A DNA stretch of 64,000 nucleotides. It comes from Bacilli bacterium (GTDB taxonomy: Bacteria > Bacillota_I > Bacilli_A > RF39 > UBA660). Below the pieces are notes generated by a model. That model saw nothing but the letters and a program-made list of their open reading frames with translations, did no database searches and was not told the DNA's origin. A program made the position numbers and the translations under genes. The stretch covers positions 1,322 through 65,321 of the forward strand of contig JAAWGF010000004.1 of the NCBI GenBank assembly GCA_022795155.1. Reading direction: 5' to 3'. Below, one piece after another: positions 18,338 to 28,182 of this stretch. Numbering within the stretch: position 1 is the first letter of the stretch; the number at the start of each line of letters is the position of its first letter.

Positions 18338-19078
18338 ATGGATAATAATTTATTTATAAAAAAAGTAATTTTCGATAGAGAGAAAGTTGATAACTTTGAT
18401 AAATATCCATTTAATATAGATATTATTAAAAATTTAGATGAGTTAACTTTTGATTCGCCCGTAACATTTTTAGTAGGTGAAAATGGAGTTGGTAAATCAA
18501 CTTTTATCGAATCATTAGCTATATCAATTGGCTTAAATGCTGAAGGCGGTACACAAAATTTTGATTTTCATACGAAAGATACACATTCTAGCCTTTCTAG
18601 ATATATAACAGTTGCAAAATATGGTAAGCCAAAAACAAAATTTTTTTTACGAGCTGAAAGTTTTTATAATTTTCAAACTGAAATGCAACGGTTGGTTGAG
18701 GAAGATTCCTTTTATTCATTATATAATGCATATGGTGGAAACCTACATGAATGTTCACATGGAGAATCATTTTTAAAATTAATTAAAAATAGATTTACTG
18801 ATCATGGCCTATATATTTTAGATGAACCGGAGGCAGCATTATCGCCACAAAGACAAATGAGCTTATTATGTTTAATTGATGACTTAGTGAAAAATGGATC
18901 CCAGTTTATTATTGCAACGCATTCACCAATTTTGATTTCTTATATTAATGGCAAAATTTTAGATTTGAATGATGAATTTAAGGAAATAAAATATGAAGAA
19001 ACAGATATATATAAAATATATAAATTATACTTAGATAATGCTTATAGTATGCAAGAAAAATTATTTAAAGATATTTAG
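18338..19078 (+). CDS. stand-alone ABC/SMC-like P-loop ATPase (COG3910-type)
   Basis: Walker A GENGVGKST, Walker B LYILDEPEAALSP, H-loop ATHSP. It has no membrane partner. Confidence 0.7.
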   Translation: MDNNLFIKKVIFDREKVDNFDKYPFNIDIIKNLDELTFDSPVTFLVGENGVGKSTFIESLAISIGLNAEGGTQNFDFHTKDTHSSLSRYITVAKYGKPKTKFFLRAESFYNFQTEMQRLVEEDSFYSLYNAYGGNLHECSHGESFLKLIKNRFTDHGLYILDEPEAALSPQRQMSLLCLIDDLVKNGSQFIIATHSPILISYINGKILDLNDEFKEIKYEETDIYKIYKLYLDNAYSMQEKLFKDI

Positions 19079-19108
19079 TATTTGAATACTAAGCAAATAG
19101 GAGGAATT

Positions 19109-20595
19109 ATGAGTAAATTAGATGAATTATTGAACTTTCAAAATGGAATATCAAATCTTCAATATACACTTAACATTTTAATGTGAGAATTGCAAATAAC
19201 AGCTCCAAACCAATCTAAAGAGACATAATCAATTTGATAACCCATTATGAAAATAAATTATTTGAAATGCAAACATTAGGACAATATGGTTCATTATTAG
19301 AAAATTTAATAGATAGTGACGAATTTTCAAAACTTGAGGACGATGAACAAAGATATATTAACAATCTATTACGTCATTATAAAGATGATATCAAAGTCCC
19401 ACAGGATTTTTATATTCGTTATTCAAAATTAAAAATCAATCTAATTTAGCATTGGATTAAGGCTAAAGAAAATAATGATTATGAGATATTTAAGCCATAT
19501 TTAAAATCAATCATTGAGATGACGAAAACCTACTGTAGGTATATTGATAATACCAACCCTAATTTGTATGATATAATGCTAAATAAATTTGAAATTGGTA
19601 TTACAAGTGAAATAATTGATAAACTTTTTGGAGACTTAAAAAGTGCATTAATTCCGCTAATTATGAATGTAAATTGTGACAGAATCACTATTACAAAAGA
19701 TTATACAGATTCTGAATTACTGGATTGTGCCACTTTTTTATTAGATCATATTGGCTTCGATATGAATAGAGGTGCGCTTGGAATTTATCCACATGGTTTT
19801 ACTGTGACAGTCGGACAAAATGATATCAGAATAGCCTTTAAACATACTCATAATCCATTGGATTTTGTGTCAACAATTATTCATGAAGGAGGCCATGGTA
19901 TTTTTGAACAGAATGTTTCAGAAAAATTATCAAAATATGAAAATGTAGGAGTAGATAATTTGTATGCTCTACATGAAAGCCAATCAAGATTTTATGAAAA
20001 TATCTTGGGAAGAAATATAAACTTTTGGATTCCTATTTATAATAAAGTAAAAGAAAAACTAAATTTAGATATGAATTTAGAAGAATTTGTGGATAAATTA
20101 AATCAACCCCAACGAGGATTAATTAGAACTGAAGCTGATGAACTTACTTATTGCTTACATATAATTTTAAGATATGAAATTGAAAGAGATTTGTTTAATG
20201 ATAAAATAGATTTAAATGATCTTCCGACAATATGGAATATGAAAATGAAAGAATATTTAGGTGTTGATGTTGAAAATGATGCCGATGGTCTAATGCAGGA
20301 TGTTCATTGGTCAGAAGGAGAATCTGGATACTTTCCCTCTTATTTATTGGGTACAATATATGATGGTATGCTTCTTGAGGCAATCGAAAAGGATTTAGGA
20401 AATATCGATGAATTATTAAGAAGTGGCAAAATTAGAAAAATTACTAACTATTTAATAGATAAAATTTATAAGTATGGTGGGGCCTATAATTCATTAGAAG
20501 TAATGGACAATATTGGAAAAAAAGAATTGTCAGTAAAGCCAATAGTTACCTATTTTGAAAAAAAATATGGTGTAAAATCTTTATTAAAAAAATAA
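19109..20595 (+). pseudogene. M32 (Taq-type) carboxypeptidase, disrupted
   Basis: From ATG 19109 the sequence is ...LNILM, then TGA (19184-19186) at the conserved Trp position. TAA at 19226-19228 follows, and continuity is only restored by a frame shift (...KET / IINLITHYENKLFEMQT). An in-frame TAG lies at 19447-19449 (KINLI*HWIKAKENNDYEIFKPYL). The remaining 358 codons keep the HEGGHG zinc site, HESQS and QDVHWS motifs. Confidence 0.85.
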
Positions 20596-20718
20596 TAATG
20601 AATATTATTCTTAAATTGTGCTCCTGTTTAGCAATTATAAATTATTGTTGATTTAATAATAACGGACATGATATAATAAATTAACCCAATTTTTATTTTG
20701 GTGACTGTGAGGAATTAT

Positions 20719-21174
20719 ATGAAAAATTCAGTTTATAATATGGTTAAATCATTTAAAGATAAATATCCAATGACGATTTGTTGGCGATTAAAGGCTCATT
20801 CAAAGGTTATTGAGAAACATTTAAATAGTGACGAAGAAATAGAGTATGTTTTTGCTGCTCAAAAGAATGCGAATCCGCTAGATATCATTACTACTTATAT
20901 AGTAGTTATAACTGACAAAAGAATTCTTTTAGGACAAAAAAGACTGCTATTTGGCTATATGTTTACATCTATAACCCCAGATATGTTTAATGACTTAAAA
21001 GTTCAGACAGGGCTTGTTTGGGGAAAAGTATTTATTGATACAGTAAAAGAATTTATCGCACTTTCTAATATTGATAAGAGTGCCTTATCAGAAATAGAAA
21101 CAAATGTAACTACTTATGTGATGGAAGAAAAGAAAAAATATGCTTTACAAAATCAAAAAATAGAAAAAATTTAA
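20719..21174 (+). CDS. bacterial PH-domain (bPH) protein
   Basis: The EEIEYVFAAQKN...YIVVITDKRILLGQKR pattern is typical of YokE-like bPH domains. GTGAGGA RBS precedes ATG 20719. Confidence 0.5.
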   Translation: MKNSVYNMVKSFKDKYPMTICWRLKAHSKVIEKHLNSDEEIEYVFAAQKNANPLDIITTYIVVITDKRILLGQKRLLFGYMFTSITPDMFNDLKVQTGLVWGKVFIDTVKEFIALSNIDKSALSEIETNVTTYVMEEKKKYALQNQKIEKI

Positions 21175-21294
21175 ATAGGAATTAAATTTTCTATTTTTTT
21201 CGTATACAATTAAAATTAATAACCAATATAAATATATAATAAAATATTGAATTTTGTCGATTAATTATATATAATCAATGTAGGAGGTAATGAT

Positions 21295-22575
21295 ATGAAA
21301 AGAGTAGTTCAAATATTAATTTTACTTTTTGTATTTTATTATTTGATCCAATTTATCTTTAGTTTTTTTGATAAGGGATATGAAATTACTTATACAAAGA
21401 ATATTGAAGATAAAGAAATAAGCATTAAAGAGGTATATAGCGCTAATAAAAAGGGTGAACGAAATAATTATTATTTTGAAGTAAAGGTTGATGACAATGT
21501 TTTTTATTTAAAGACTTATGAAAACTTTAAAAAAATGAAAAATGTTATTAGCGATATAAAATATTTTAAATCGGGTGATTATACTTGTATATTGCCTATT
21601 TATAAAGGAAATAAAATACTAAGTGATATCATTTGCCAGACAAATCAAACAACAACTTATTATCATAATATTAAAGGCACTAATTCACAGCTTGATAGCT
21701 TTGCTAATAATATCGAAGGATACAATATAAATAATTGGATTGATAACGAAACAGATACTAGCAGATTAGGAAATGTATATGTTTATAAAAATAATTTAGA
21801 TAGTAATTTATACTTAGGATTAACTAATTATAAAGGCTTATATAAAATTAATGAAAATGTTTCTAATAAAATTATTTCGATTGATGTTTTTAGAAATGAT
21901 ATTTATAATCCCAAAATTAATACACAGATTAGTCACTATTATTTAGTTGCTGACTATGATGAAAATTATGAGTTTAATAAATTTTATTTAATTGATTTTT
22001 TAAAAAAGGAAACAGAGACAATTGAAAGTAAACATAAAATATCATTAAATAGTTATATACAAGGAGTTGTGGGCAATAGCGTGTATTTAATTGATATTGA
22101 TAATAAAAAACAATATGAAATTGATATTAAGTCAAAAAAGGTAATTGAAATAGGCAATAGTGATACGAATGCTAAATTTTATAGTGCAGGTGAATGGGAA
22201 GAGCGAAACATGTTTGAAATTATAAAATCAGAGGAGAAGTTTGTTTATCAAAATATTGATTTAACAAAATTTGCTATTCAATATGATCGTATTGACCAAA
22301 TTGGGAGTGAAAATTCTGGCTATTATTATCTATATCAAAGAAGTGGTAATGATTATACTGTATATAAGGCCCTAGTTGAACAACCGAATAGCCCAATTTT
22401 TCTATTTAAAATAAGTGGCATAGATAATATTAAATATATTGACGACAAAATCTTGTTTGTAGATAAAAACTTCATTAAGATTTATAGTGATGAAAATGGT
22501 GTTAAAAATTTAATAAAATATGATGAGTTAGAATTTAATAAAAACTTAAGTATCTTTGGTTATTATCAAAGCTAA
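21295..22575 (+). CDS. hypothetical membrane-anchored protein
   Basis: One N-terminal TM helix and a 400-aa Y/N/K-rich extracytoplasmic part. AGGAGG RBS. No family recognised. Confidence 0.55.
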   Translation: MKRVVQILILLFVFYYLIQFIFSFFDKGYEITYTKNIEDKEISIKEVYSANKKGERNNYYFEVKVDDNVFYLKTYENFKKMKNVISDIKYFKSGDYTCILPIYKGNKILSDIICQTNQTTTYYHNIKGTNSQLDSFANNIEGYNINNWIDNETDTSRLGNVYVYKNNLDSNLYLGLTNYKGLYKINENVSNKIISIDVFRNDIYNPKINTQISHYYLVADYDENYEFNKFYLIDFLKKETETIESKHKISLNSYIQGVVGNSVYLIDIDNKKQYEIDIKSKKVIEIGNSDTNAKFYSAGEWEERNMFEIIKSEEKFVYQNIDLTKFAIQYDRIDQIGSENSGYYYLYQRSGNDYTVYKALVEQPNSPIFLFKISGIDNIKYIDDKILFVDKNFIKIYSDENGVKNLIKYDELEFNKNLSIFGYYQS

Positions 22576-22665
22576 GATGAAATTTATAAAAAAACTTTTA
22601 AAAATGTTGAAAAAAAAGTTTTTTTTAGTTATAATATTTAATAGAATAAAAAGGAGGCTGATACT

Positions 22666-23457
22666 ATGGAAAAAATAGTAATTTTAAATGCTAATAATGA
22701 AAGTATGCAAGTCGATGTTGTTAGGTATTTTAGTGAAAGTAATAATAAATATTTTGTTTTCTCATTACACGAAATAGATGATCAAGGCCATATGAATATA
22801 TATGTTACAAAAACAGTTGATCAAAATGGCTCGTTAATTGGGACCAATATTATTGATGATGTAGAATGGACAAATTTAAAAACGAATTTGCAACGGATTA
22901 TTAAAGAAAATAGGACAAATGGCAATGCTATTGTTAATGATTTACCATATAAAGTTTTGGATGGAATTAAGGTTGCTGACCGAAGAGCTTTAAAACTACT
23001 TGCAACATCTGTTGATATGTTAAACTTAGGTTATAATCCACAAGATGATAGCGTTACACAACCTAGTAATCAAAGTTTTGCACAACCAAATGTTCAAAAC
23101 CAATCACCAAATATAGATATTCAACAGGTAAACACTACTAGCAATCTTGATATTTTTGGGAGTAATTTGCAAAATGTGCCTAATAGTACTCCAAATATAA
23201 ATGAGAATGCTCAAACTGTATCGAATAATGTTCAAAACTCGTCAATAGATGTTCAAAACAACATGAATAACAATAATATTGAACAGCAAACTGTGCAAAA
23301 ACCTGTTGATAACTCTATTTCTGAAAACTATAAAGAACTATACTTTCATGAAAAAGAAAATACAGCTCAATTAACTGAAGAAAATAATCGATTAATAAAT
23401 GAACTAAATAATTGTAAAATGATTATATCTGACATTAAAAATATCTTATCTAGATAA
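22666..23457 (+). CDS. hypothetical protein with Q/N-rich linker and C-terminal coiled coil
   Basis: AAGGAGG RBS. A structured N-terminal region of about 120 aa is followed by the low-complexity stretch NVQNQSPNIDIQQ...NNVQNSSIDVQNN, and the protein ends in ENNRLINELNNCKMIISDIK. Confidence 0.55.
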   Translation: MEKIVILNANNESMQVDVVRYFSESNNKYFVFSLHEIDDQGHMNIYVTKTVDQNGSLIGTNIIDDVEWTNLKTNLQRIIKENRTNGNAIVNDLPYKVLDGIKVADRRALKLLATSVDMLNLGYNPQDDSVTQPSNQSFAQPNVQNQSPNIDIQQVNTTSNLDIFGSNLQNVPNSTPNINENAQTVSNNVQNSSIDVQNNMNNNNIEQQTVQKPVDNSISENYKELYFHEKENTAQLTEENNRLINELNNCKMIISDIKNILSR

Positions 23458-23506
23458 TAGATGGGATATTTTTTTACTGGTTGCATAAAATTAATTGGGT
23501 GGATAT

Positions 23507-24412
23507 ATGAAGAATGCAATCAACTACTATTATAATTTATATCCAATTAATATTTATCAAAACGATAGATTATATAAGTTTTCTATTGAGAGTGTAGAAT
23601 ACTATCTAGTACCTTACAATAATGATTTAAGAACCTTAACAACTATTTATGAATTAACTAAAGCACTTAAACAATATAATATATATTGCCACGAAATAGT
23701 GGAAAATAATAAAAAGGAATTAGCAATCAATATAAACAATAAGCAATATGTATTATTAAAAACTGCACAATATAATGACGAAAAATTGAACTTTGATAAT
23801 TTAATGTATTACCCATTAGTAACATCAGCACTACATCTTGAAAATATAATACATCCTAAAAATTGGCGCAATTTATGGATGGAGAAAATCGATTATTTCG
23901 AATATCAAGTTTCTAATTTTAAAAAAAAATTTCCATTAATAAGGGAAACTTCAAGTTATTATATTGGTTTAGCTGAAAACGGAATTCAGATGTTATTAGA
24001 CATACCTAACTCTCATGATTATTGTATATCTCATTATCGAATAAAAAACTATTATACTTTATTTGATTTATATAATCCGCTTGAGTTTACTGTTGACTCT
24101 AAAATAAGGGATATAACAGAGTATTGTAAAGAAGAATTCTTTTATAATACTATATCTATAGATTCTATTATATATTATATTGATAACAATATCTTTAATA
24201 AAGAACAAGCTATTTTATTTTTTAGTAGATTATTATATCCATCATACTATTTTGATTTATGTGATGAAATTATTTACAATAATTTAAATGAGAATATTTT
24301 ATCCAATATAATTAATAAAAATTATGAATATGAACAGTTTTTATCAAGAATACTTACTTACCTGCATATTAAATATCAAGTGCCAGAAATCGAATGGTTA
24401 AAAAAAAGTTAG
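23507..24412 (+). CDS. CotS/YutH-like spore-coat-associated kinase-fold protein
   Basis: The N-terminal pattern YYYNLYPINIY...YKF...YYLVPY...L...YEL...L and the block KQYVLLK resemble YutH/CotS family N-lobes (from memory). It is adjacent to a NifU-like gene, as yutH-yutI are in B. subtilis. Confidence 0.4.
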   Translation: MKNAINYYYNLYPINIYQNDRLYKFSIESVEYYLVPYNNDLRTLTTIYELTKALKQYNIYCHEIVENNKKELAININNKQYVLLKTAQYNDEKLNFDNLMYYPLVTSALHLENIIHPKNWRNLWMEKIDYFEYQVSNFKKKFPLIRETSSYYIGLAENGIQMLLDIPNSHDYCISHYRIKNYYTLFDLYNPLEFTVDSKIRDITEYCKEEFFYNTISIDSIIYYIDNNIFNKEQAILFFSRLLYPSYYFDLCDEIIYNNLNENILSNIINKNYEYEQFLSRILTYLHIKYQVPEIEWLKKS

Positions 24413-24642
24413 ATACTTCTAACCTCTTTTACTTCTGGAATTTCTTCCATGATAGTTGCGCCAATTAAATCATTTAGTGTAATATCTAGCATACCACAAT
24501 TTTGGCATGCCCCTAAAATTTTAATATAAACAATATTGTCTTCATACTTAATAAATTCAACGTTTCCACCATCTGCTATTAAAAATGGTTGGATTTGTTC
24601 AATCAATTCTTTAATTTTTTCTTCTTGAGTATCCATAATCAA
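24409..24642 (-). CDS. NifU C-terminal-domain (Nfu/YutI-like) Fe-S scaffold protein
   Basis: IQPFLIADGGNVEFIKYEDNIVYIKILGACQNCGM (CxxC motif), 77 aa. Confidence 0.85.
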   Translation of the reverse strand: MIMDTQEEKIKELIEQIQPFLIADGGNVEFIKYEDNIVYIKILGACQNCGMLDITLNDLIGATIMEEIPEVKEVRSI

Positions 24643-24734
24643 TCACCAAATATATTATATAATAAAATAAAACTAAAGTAAACTTCTTTTAAACTTAGAT
24701 AATATATGGTATAATCTAAGTTAGAGGTGTTTCA

Positions 24735-25100
24735 ATGCCAAAGTATCAAAAAGGAAAAATTGTTGAAGGAATTGTAAGTGGAATTGAGTCTTATGGTATT
24801 TTTGTATCGTTTGACGAATTTTATAGCGGGTTAATACATATATCCGAAGTATCTAGGAATTTTGTTAAAGATTTACATGATTTTGTAGAAATTGGGGAAA
24901 ATATATATGTTGAGATTTTAGATATTGATGAAAATCAAAATAAACTTAAATTAAGTATCAAAAATATTAATTATAAAAAAACTAAAAGAAAAGCAAAAAG
25001 AAAAATTATTGAAACAGTATCTGGATTTAATACACTAGCTTATAAATTGCCAACATGGATAAAAGAAAATTTAGAAAAAAGTAAAAATGTTACCAAATAA
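24735..25100 (+). CDS. S1 RNA-binding domain protein (GSP13/CvfD-like)
   Basis: GKIVEGIVSGIESYGIFVSF...GLIHISEVS is an S1 fold, followed by a basic tail KKTKRKAKRK. Confidence 0.8.
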   Translation: MPKYQKGKIVEGIVSGIESYGIFVSFDEFYSGLIHISEVSRNFVKDLHDFVEIGENIYVEILDIDENQNKLKLSIKNINYKKTKRKAKRKIIETVSGFNTLAYKLPTWIKENLEKSKNVTK

Positions 25101-25113
25101 TGTATAAAATATA

Positions 25114-25142
25114 TTGACAAACTTCTCTTCAGATGGTATCAT
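25114..25142 (+). promoter_or_regulatory. sigma-A promoter of tRNA array 1
   Basis: TTGACA 25114-25119, 17-nt spacer, TATCAT 25137-25142, about 24 nt before the first tRNA. Confidence 0.55.
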
Positions 25143-25165
25143 TAAAGACGTCTAGTGAGTTTATC

Positions 25166-25242
25166 GGGCGATTAGCTCAGTTGGTTAGAGCACCTGCCTT
25201 ACAAGCAGGGGGTCATAGGTTCGAGTCCTATATCGCCCACCA
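25166..25242 (+). tRNA. tRNA-Val (anticodon TAC)
   Basis: Cloverleaf folded by hand: acceptor GGGCGAT/ATCGCCC, anticodon arm CCTGC-CTTACAA-GCAGG, T-loop TTCGAGT, encoded CCA. Confidence 0.9.
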
Positions 25243-25246
25243 TTAT

Positions 25247-25322
<76 letters not shown>

Positions 25323-25330
25323 TTTTTTAT

Positions 25331-25414
25331 GGAGGGATAGCGAAGTGGTCAAACGCGGCAGACTGTAAATCTGTTCCTTCGGGTTCGATGGTTCAAATCC
25401 ATCTCCCTCCACCA
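25331..25414 (+). tRNA. tRNA-Tyr (anticodon GTA), long variable arm
   Basis: Acceptor GGAGGGA/TCCCTCC, anticodon loop CTGTAAA, class II variable arm, encoded CCA. Confidence 0.9.
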
Positions 25415-25428
25415 TCTGTTTGTGTTAT

Positions 25429-25504
25429 TGCCTCGTAGCCAAGCGGTAAGGCACCACACTTTGACTGTGGCATTGCGCTAGTTCGAATCTAGCCGAGGCA
25501 GCCA
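25429..25504 (+). tRNA. tRNA-Gln (anticodon TTG)
   Basis: Acceptor TGCCTCG/CGAGGCA, anticodon arm CCACA-CTTTGAC-TGTGG, encoded CCA. Confidence 0.85.
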
Positions 25505-25516
25505 TCTTATTTTTAT

Positions 25517-25592
25517 GTCCCGTTAGCTCAGCAGGTAGAGCATTTGACTTTTAATCAAAGGGTCGGCGATTCGAGTTCGCCACGGGACACCA
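25517..25592 (+). tRNA. tRNA-Lys (anticodon TTT)
   Basis: Acceptor GTCCCGT/ACGGGAC, anticodon loop CTTTTAA, encoded CCA. Confidence 0.9.
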
Positions 25593-25602
25593 TTTAGAAA
25601 TT

Positions 25603-25630
25603 AAGCTTTTACAATTGTAAAAGCTTTTTT
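25603..25630 (+). terminator. rho-independent terminator of tRNA array 1
   Basis: AAGCTTTTACA / TGTAAAAGCTT palindrome followed by TTTT. Confidence 0.7.
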
Positions 25631-25920
25631 GTATATTTTAATATCTAGAATGTTTTATTAACTCGTCAATAGATGTACGCTATCCTAAGGTTACAAAGTT
25701 ATTATCCGTATATAAACTATAAATGTAGATACTAATTTTAGAATGGTTGATTTGTAGAAACATCAAGTTAATCTTTATAAAAAAATAGGCTATGATTTAA
25801 CCTATAAGGATATTAAAAAAAGAGATTAATAAATATAATTAAACTTTGTAAAAAAATACCATGAAATTACTTGCCACTTGCATTTGAAAATTTTGAGAAT
25901 AAATATATATTATAAGCAAG

Positions 25921-27156
25921 CTAGTGTCTAAATTTAACTCTTCTTCTTTTTTTAAATGTTTTTTTAATTATTAATAAACTAATGAATAAAATAGTTATTA
26001 TGATAGGATATATCAATTTTGTTTGCATTAAAAAACTTATTAAACTAAAATTAATTTTGGAATTAAGATAAATATCGATAGTGTCCATTAGTTGATTGTT
26101 GTATATAATATCAACAGTACCTAGTTTTTCACCTATAACATTATTATAGGAAATTGCATTAACCCCATTATATTTATATTCAATTTTACTAGTATCAAAT
26201 GAGTTATCTAAAAACTTAGTAATTGATATAGGTGAGTTTATTTCATATTTTTTTTCTTTAGAATAATTAATTTTTATAGTTGTTATATAATCGTTTGCAT
26301 TAATTAAAGTTTTATAACTGTAATTTTCATCAAAATAACTATATATCTTGATTGCATCTAATAATTGTCTAGGTGTATTACCATGATAATCAGCGCCAGC
26401 TGTAATTAATAGATAATTAACGTCACTATAATTAGCGATACTAGACATGCAAAGCCCCGCCTCGTCGGTATAACCTGTCTTTGACCCTTGAATATGTGAA
26501 ACGTCAATTGTATAACCATTTGATATCTTTTTCAACGTACTACTAAATTTTAAATTATTAGTTGTAGTATATTCTCTAGTTGTATATATTTCTTTGAAAG
26601 TATCGTTTTTTAGGGAATAAATCAATAATGTTGCAATATCCTGAACTGTTGAATAATGACCCATGGCTTCTAATCCTGTTGTATTGATAAAATTGGTATT
26701 GGATAAATTTAGTTCCTTAGCTTTAGTATTCATTAATTTGACAAATGCTTCTTCACTACCAACAATATTTATAGCAAGTGCTCTCGTAGCATCAGCACCA
26801 GATGGTAACATAGCTCCCATCAACAAATCTCTATATGAGACATTATCACCATATTTAAAACCAGCTACTGATGCCTGTGCTTCAACTAAACCATAAAAAA
26901 CATCCTTTCCTAATGTTACTTTAGTATCAAGATTTTCAATGTTTTCAATAGCAACAATACATGTCATAATTTTAGTTAGGCTAGCAATAGAAGTTATTTC
27001 GTTAGAATTGTATTCATACAATACTTCATTAGTATCCATATTATATATAATTGCATATTTTGAATCAATATTTAAATTTTCGGCATAAACACTATTCAAA
27101 TTGAATAAAAATAAGATAGGAATAATTAATATTCCAGATAAAAAAATTTTTTTCAT
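25921..27156 (-). CDS. serine-type D-Ala-D-Ala carboxypeptidase (PBP5/DacB-DacF class)
   Basis: Signal peptide, SxxK (SLTKIMT), SxN-region (LPSGAD), KTG (SKTGYT), and a C-terminal TM anchor with basic tail. Confidence 0.85.
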   Translation of the reverse strand: MKKIFLSGILIIPILFLFNLNSVYAENLNIDSKYAIIYNMDTNEVLYEYNSNEITSIASLTKIMTCIVAIENIENLDTKVTLGKDVFYGLVEAQASVAGFKYGDNVSYRDLLMGAMLPSGADATRALAINIVGSEEAFVKLMNTKAKELNLSNTNFINTTGLEAMGHYSTVQDIATLLIYSLKNDTFKEIYTTREYTTTNNLKFSSTLKKISNGYTIDVSHIQGSKTGYTDEAGLCMSSIANYSDVNYLLITAGADYHGNTPRQLLDAIKIYSYFDENYSYKTLINANDYITTIKINYSKEKKYEINSPISITKFLDNSFDTSKIEYKYNGVNAISYNNVIGEKLGTVDIIYNNQLMDTIDIYLNSKINFSLISFLMQTKLIYPIIITILFISLLIIKKTFKKRRRVKFRH

Positions 27157-27254
27157 AATAACACATCCTATTGTATAAATTATAACATAAACTAATTAAA
27201 TTAAGTTGAATTTATTATTATTTAACAAAAAAGTAAAAAAAAATGAAAAAATTG

Positions 27255-27283
27255 TTGCAAAAACCTATTTTTTATTATATAAT
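27255..27283 (+). promoter_or_regulatory. sigma-A promoter of tRNA array 2
   Basis: TTGCAA 27255-27260, 17-nt spacer, TATAAT 27278-27283. Confidence 0.5.
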
Positions 27284-27345
27284 GAAGTAGTCAATTTGAT
27301 TGCTGCCTTTAGCTTATAAAGAAATGGACAATTAAGTGATATTAT

Positions 27346-27434
27346 GCCTGAGTGGCGAAATTGGTAGACGCACAGGACTTAAAATCCTGCGGGAGTCAAA
27401 TCCCGTGCCGGTTCAAGTCCGGCCTTAGGCACCA
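27346..27434 (+). tRNA. tRNA-Leu (anticodon TAA)
   Basis: Acceptor GCCTGAG/CTTAGGC, anticodon arm CAGGA-CTTAAAA-TCCTG, long variable arm, encoded CCA. Confidence 0.9.
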
Positions 27435-27443
27435 TCTTTTTTT

Positions 27444-27534
27444 GGAGAAATACCCAAGTCTGGTTGAAGGGACTGGTCTTGAAAACCAGGAGGTCGGCGA
27501 CGGCGCGGGGGTTCGAATCCCTCTTTCTCCGCCA
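27444..27534 (+). tRNA. tRNA-Ser (anticodon TGA)
   Basis: Acceptor GGAGAAA/TTTCTCC, anticodon arm CTGGT-CTTGAAA-ACCAG, long GC-rich variable arm, encoded CCA. Confidence 0.9.
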
Positions 27535-27548
27535 TAAAAATATAACAT

Positions 27549-27625
<77 letters not shown>

Positions 27626-27626
27626 T

Positions 27627-27702
27627 GGTTCCGTAGTGTAGCGGTTATCACGTCTGCCTGTCACGCAGAAGATCGCGAGTTCAATTCTCGTCGGAACCGC
27701 CA
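27627..27702 (+). tRNA. tRNA-Asp (anticodon GTC)
   Basis: Acceptor GGTTCCG/CGGAACC, anticodon loop CTGTCAC, encoded CCA. Confidence 0.9.
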
Positions 27703-27710
27703 TTTATTTT

Positions 27711-27786
27711 GGCTCTATAGCTCAGTCGGCAGAGCACAAGACTGAAAATCTTGGTGTCGGTGGTTCAATTCCACCTGGAGCCACCA
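27711..27786 (+). tRNA. tRNA-Phe (anticodon GAA)
   Basis: Acceptor GGCTCTA/TGGAGCC, anticodon loop CTGAAAA, encoded CCA. Confidence 0.9.
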
Positions 27787-27810
27787 TCTATAAATTGCAA
27801 ATAACTAAGT

Positions 27811-27887
27811 GCGCTCGTAGATCAATTGGATAGATCGTTTGACTACGGATCAAAAGGCTATGGGTTCGACTCCTATCGGGCGCACCA
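27811..27887 (+). tRNA. tRNA-Arg (anticodon ACG)
   Basis: Acceptor GCGCTCG/CGGGCGC, anticodon arm TTTGA-CTACGGA-TCAAA, encoded CCA. Confidence 0.9.
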
Positions 27888-27890
27888 CTT

Positions 27891-27967
27891 CGGGAAATAG
27901 CACAACTTGGTAGTGCACTTGGTTTGGGACCAAGGGGTTGCAGGTTCAAATCCTGTTTTCCCGACCA
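27891..27967 (+). tRNA. tRNA-Pro (anticodon TGG)
   Basis: Acceptor CGGGAAA/TTTCCCG, anticodon arm CTTGG-TTTGGGA-CCAAG, encoded CCA. Confidence 0.9.
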
Positions 27968-27975
27968 TCTAATAT

Positions 27976-28051
27976 GGGGAATTAGCTCAGCTGGGAGAGC
28001 GCCACGTTTGCACCGTGGAGGTCAGGAGTTCGATCCTCCTATTCTCCACCA
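27976..28051 (+). tRNA. tRNA-Ala (anticodon TGC)
   Basis: Acceptor GGGGAAT/ATTCTCC with the G3:U70 identity pair, anticodon loop TTTGCAC, encoded CCA. Confidence 0.9.
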
Positions 28052-28062
28052 TATAGAATTTA

Positions 28063-28092
28063 ACCGTTGATTTTCAACGGTTTTTGTTTTTT
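28063..28092 (+). terminator. rho-independent terminator of tRNA array 2
   Basis: ACCGTTGA-ttt-TCAACGGT stem followed by TTTTGTTTTTTT. Confidence 0.75.
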
Positions 28093-28182
28093 TAGGTACT
28101 ATTTAGGTACTAAAATTTATAAATTATCTAATAAATCGACAATTTGTTTTTTATATGCTATTATATATATGGAGGTTTTATT

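Noticed and set aside
19184-19186. TGA at a conserved Trp position of the M32 carboxypeptidase, suggesting genetic code 4 (TGA = Trp), especially with prfB missing after secA
   Set aside because: TGA acts as a real stop in well-supported genes here: 40670-40672 has an ATGA overlap into the helicase gene, and 55454-55456 has an ATGA overlap into trmL. The same carboxypeptidase gene also carries a frameshift and an in-frame TAG, so it is simply a pseudogene (TGG to TGA).
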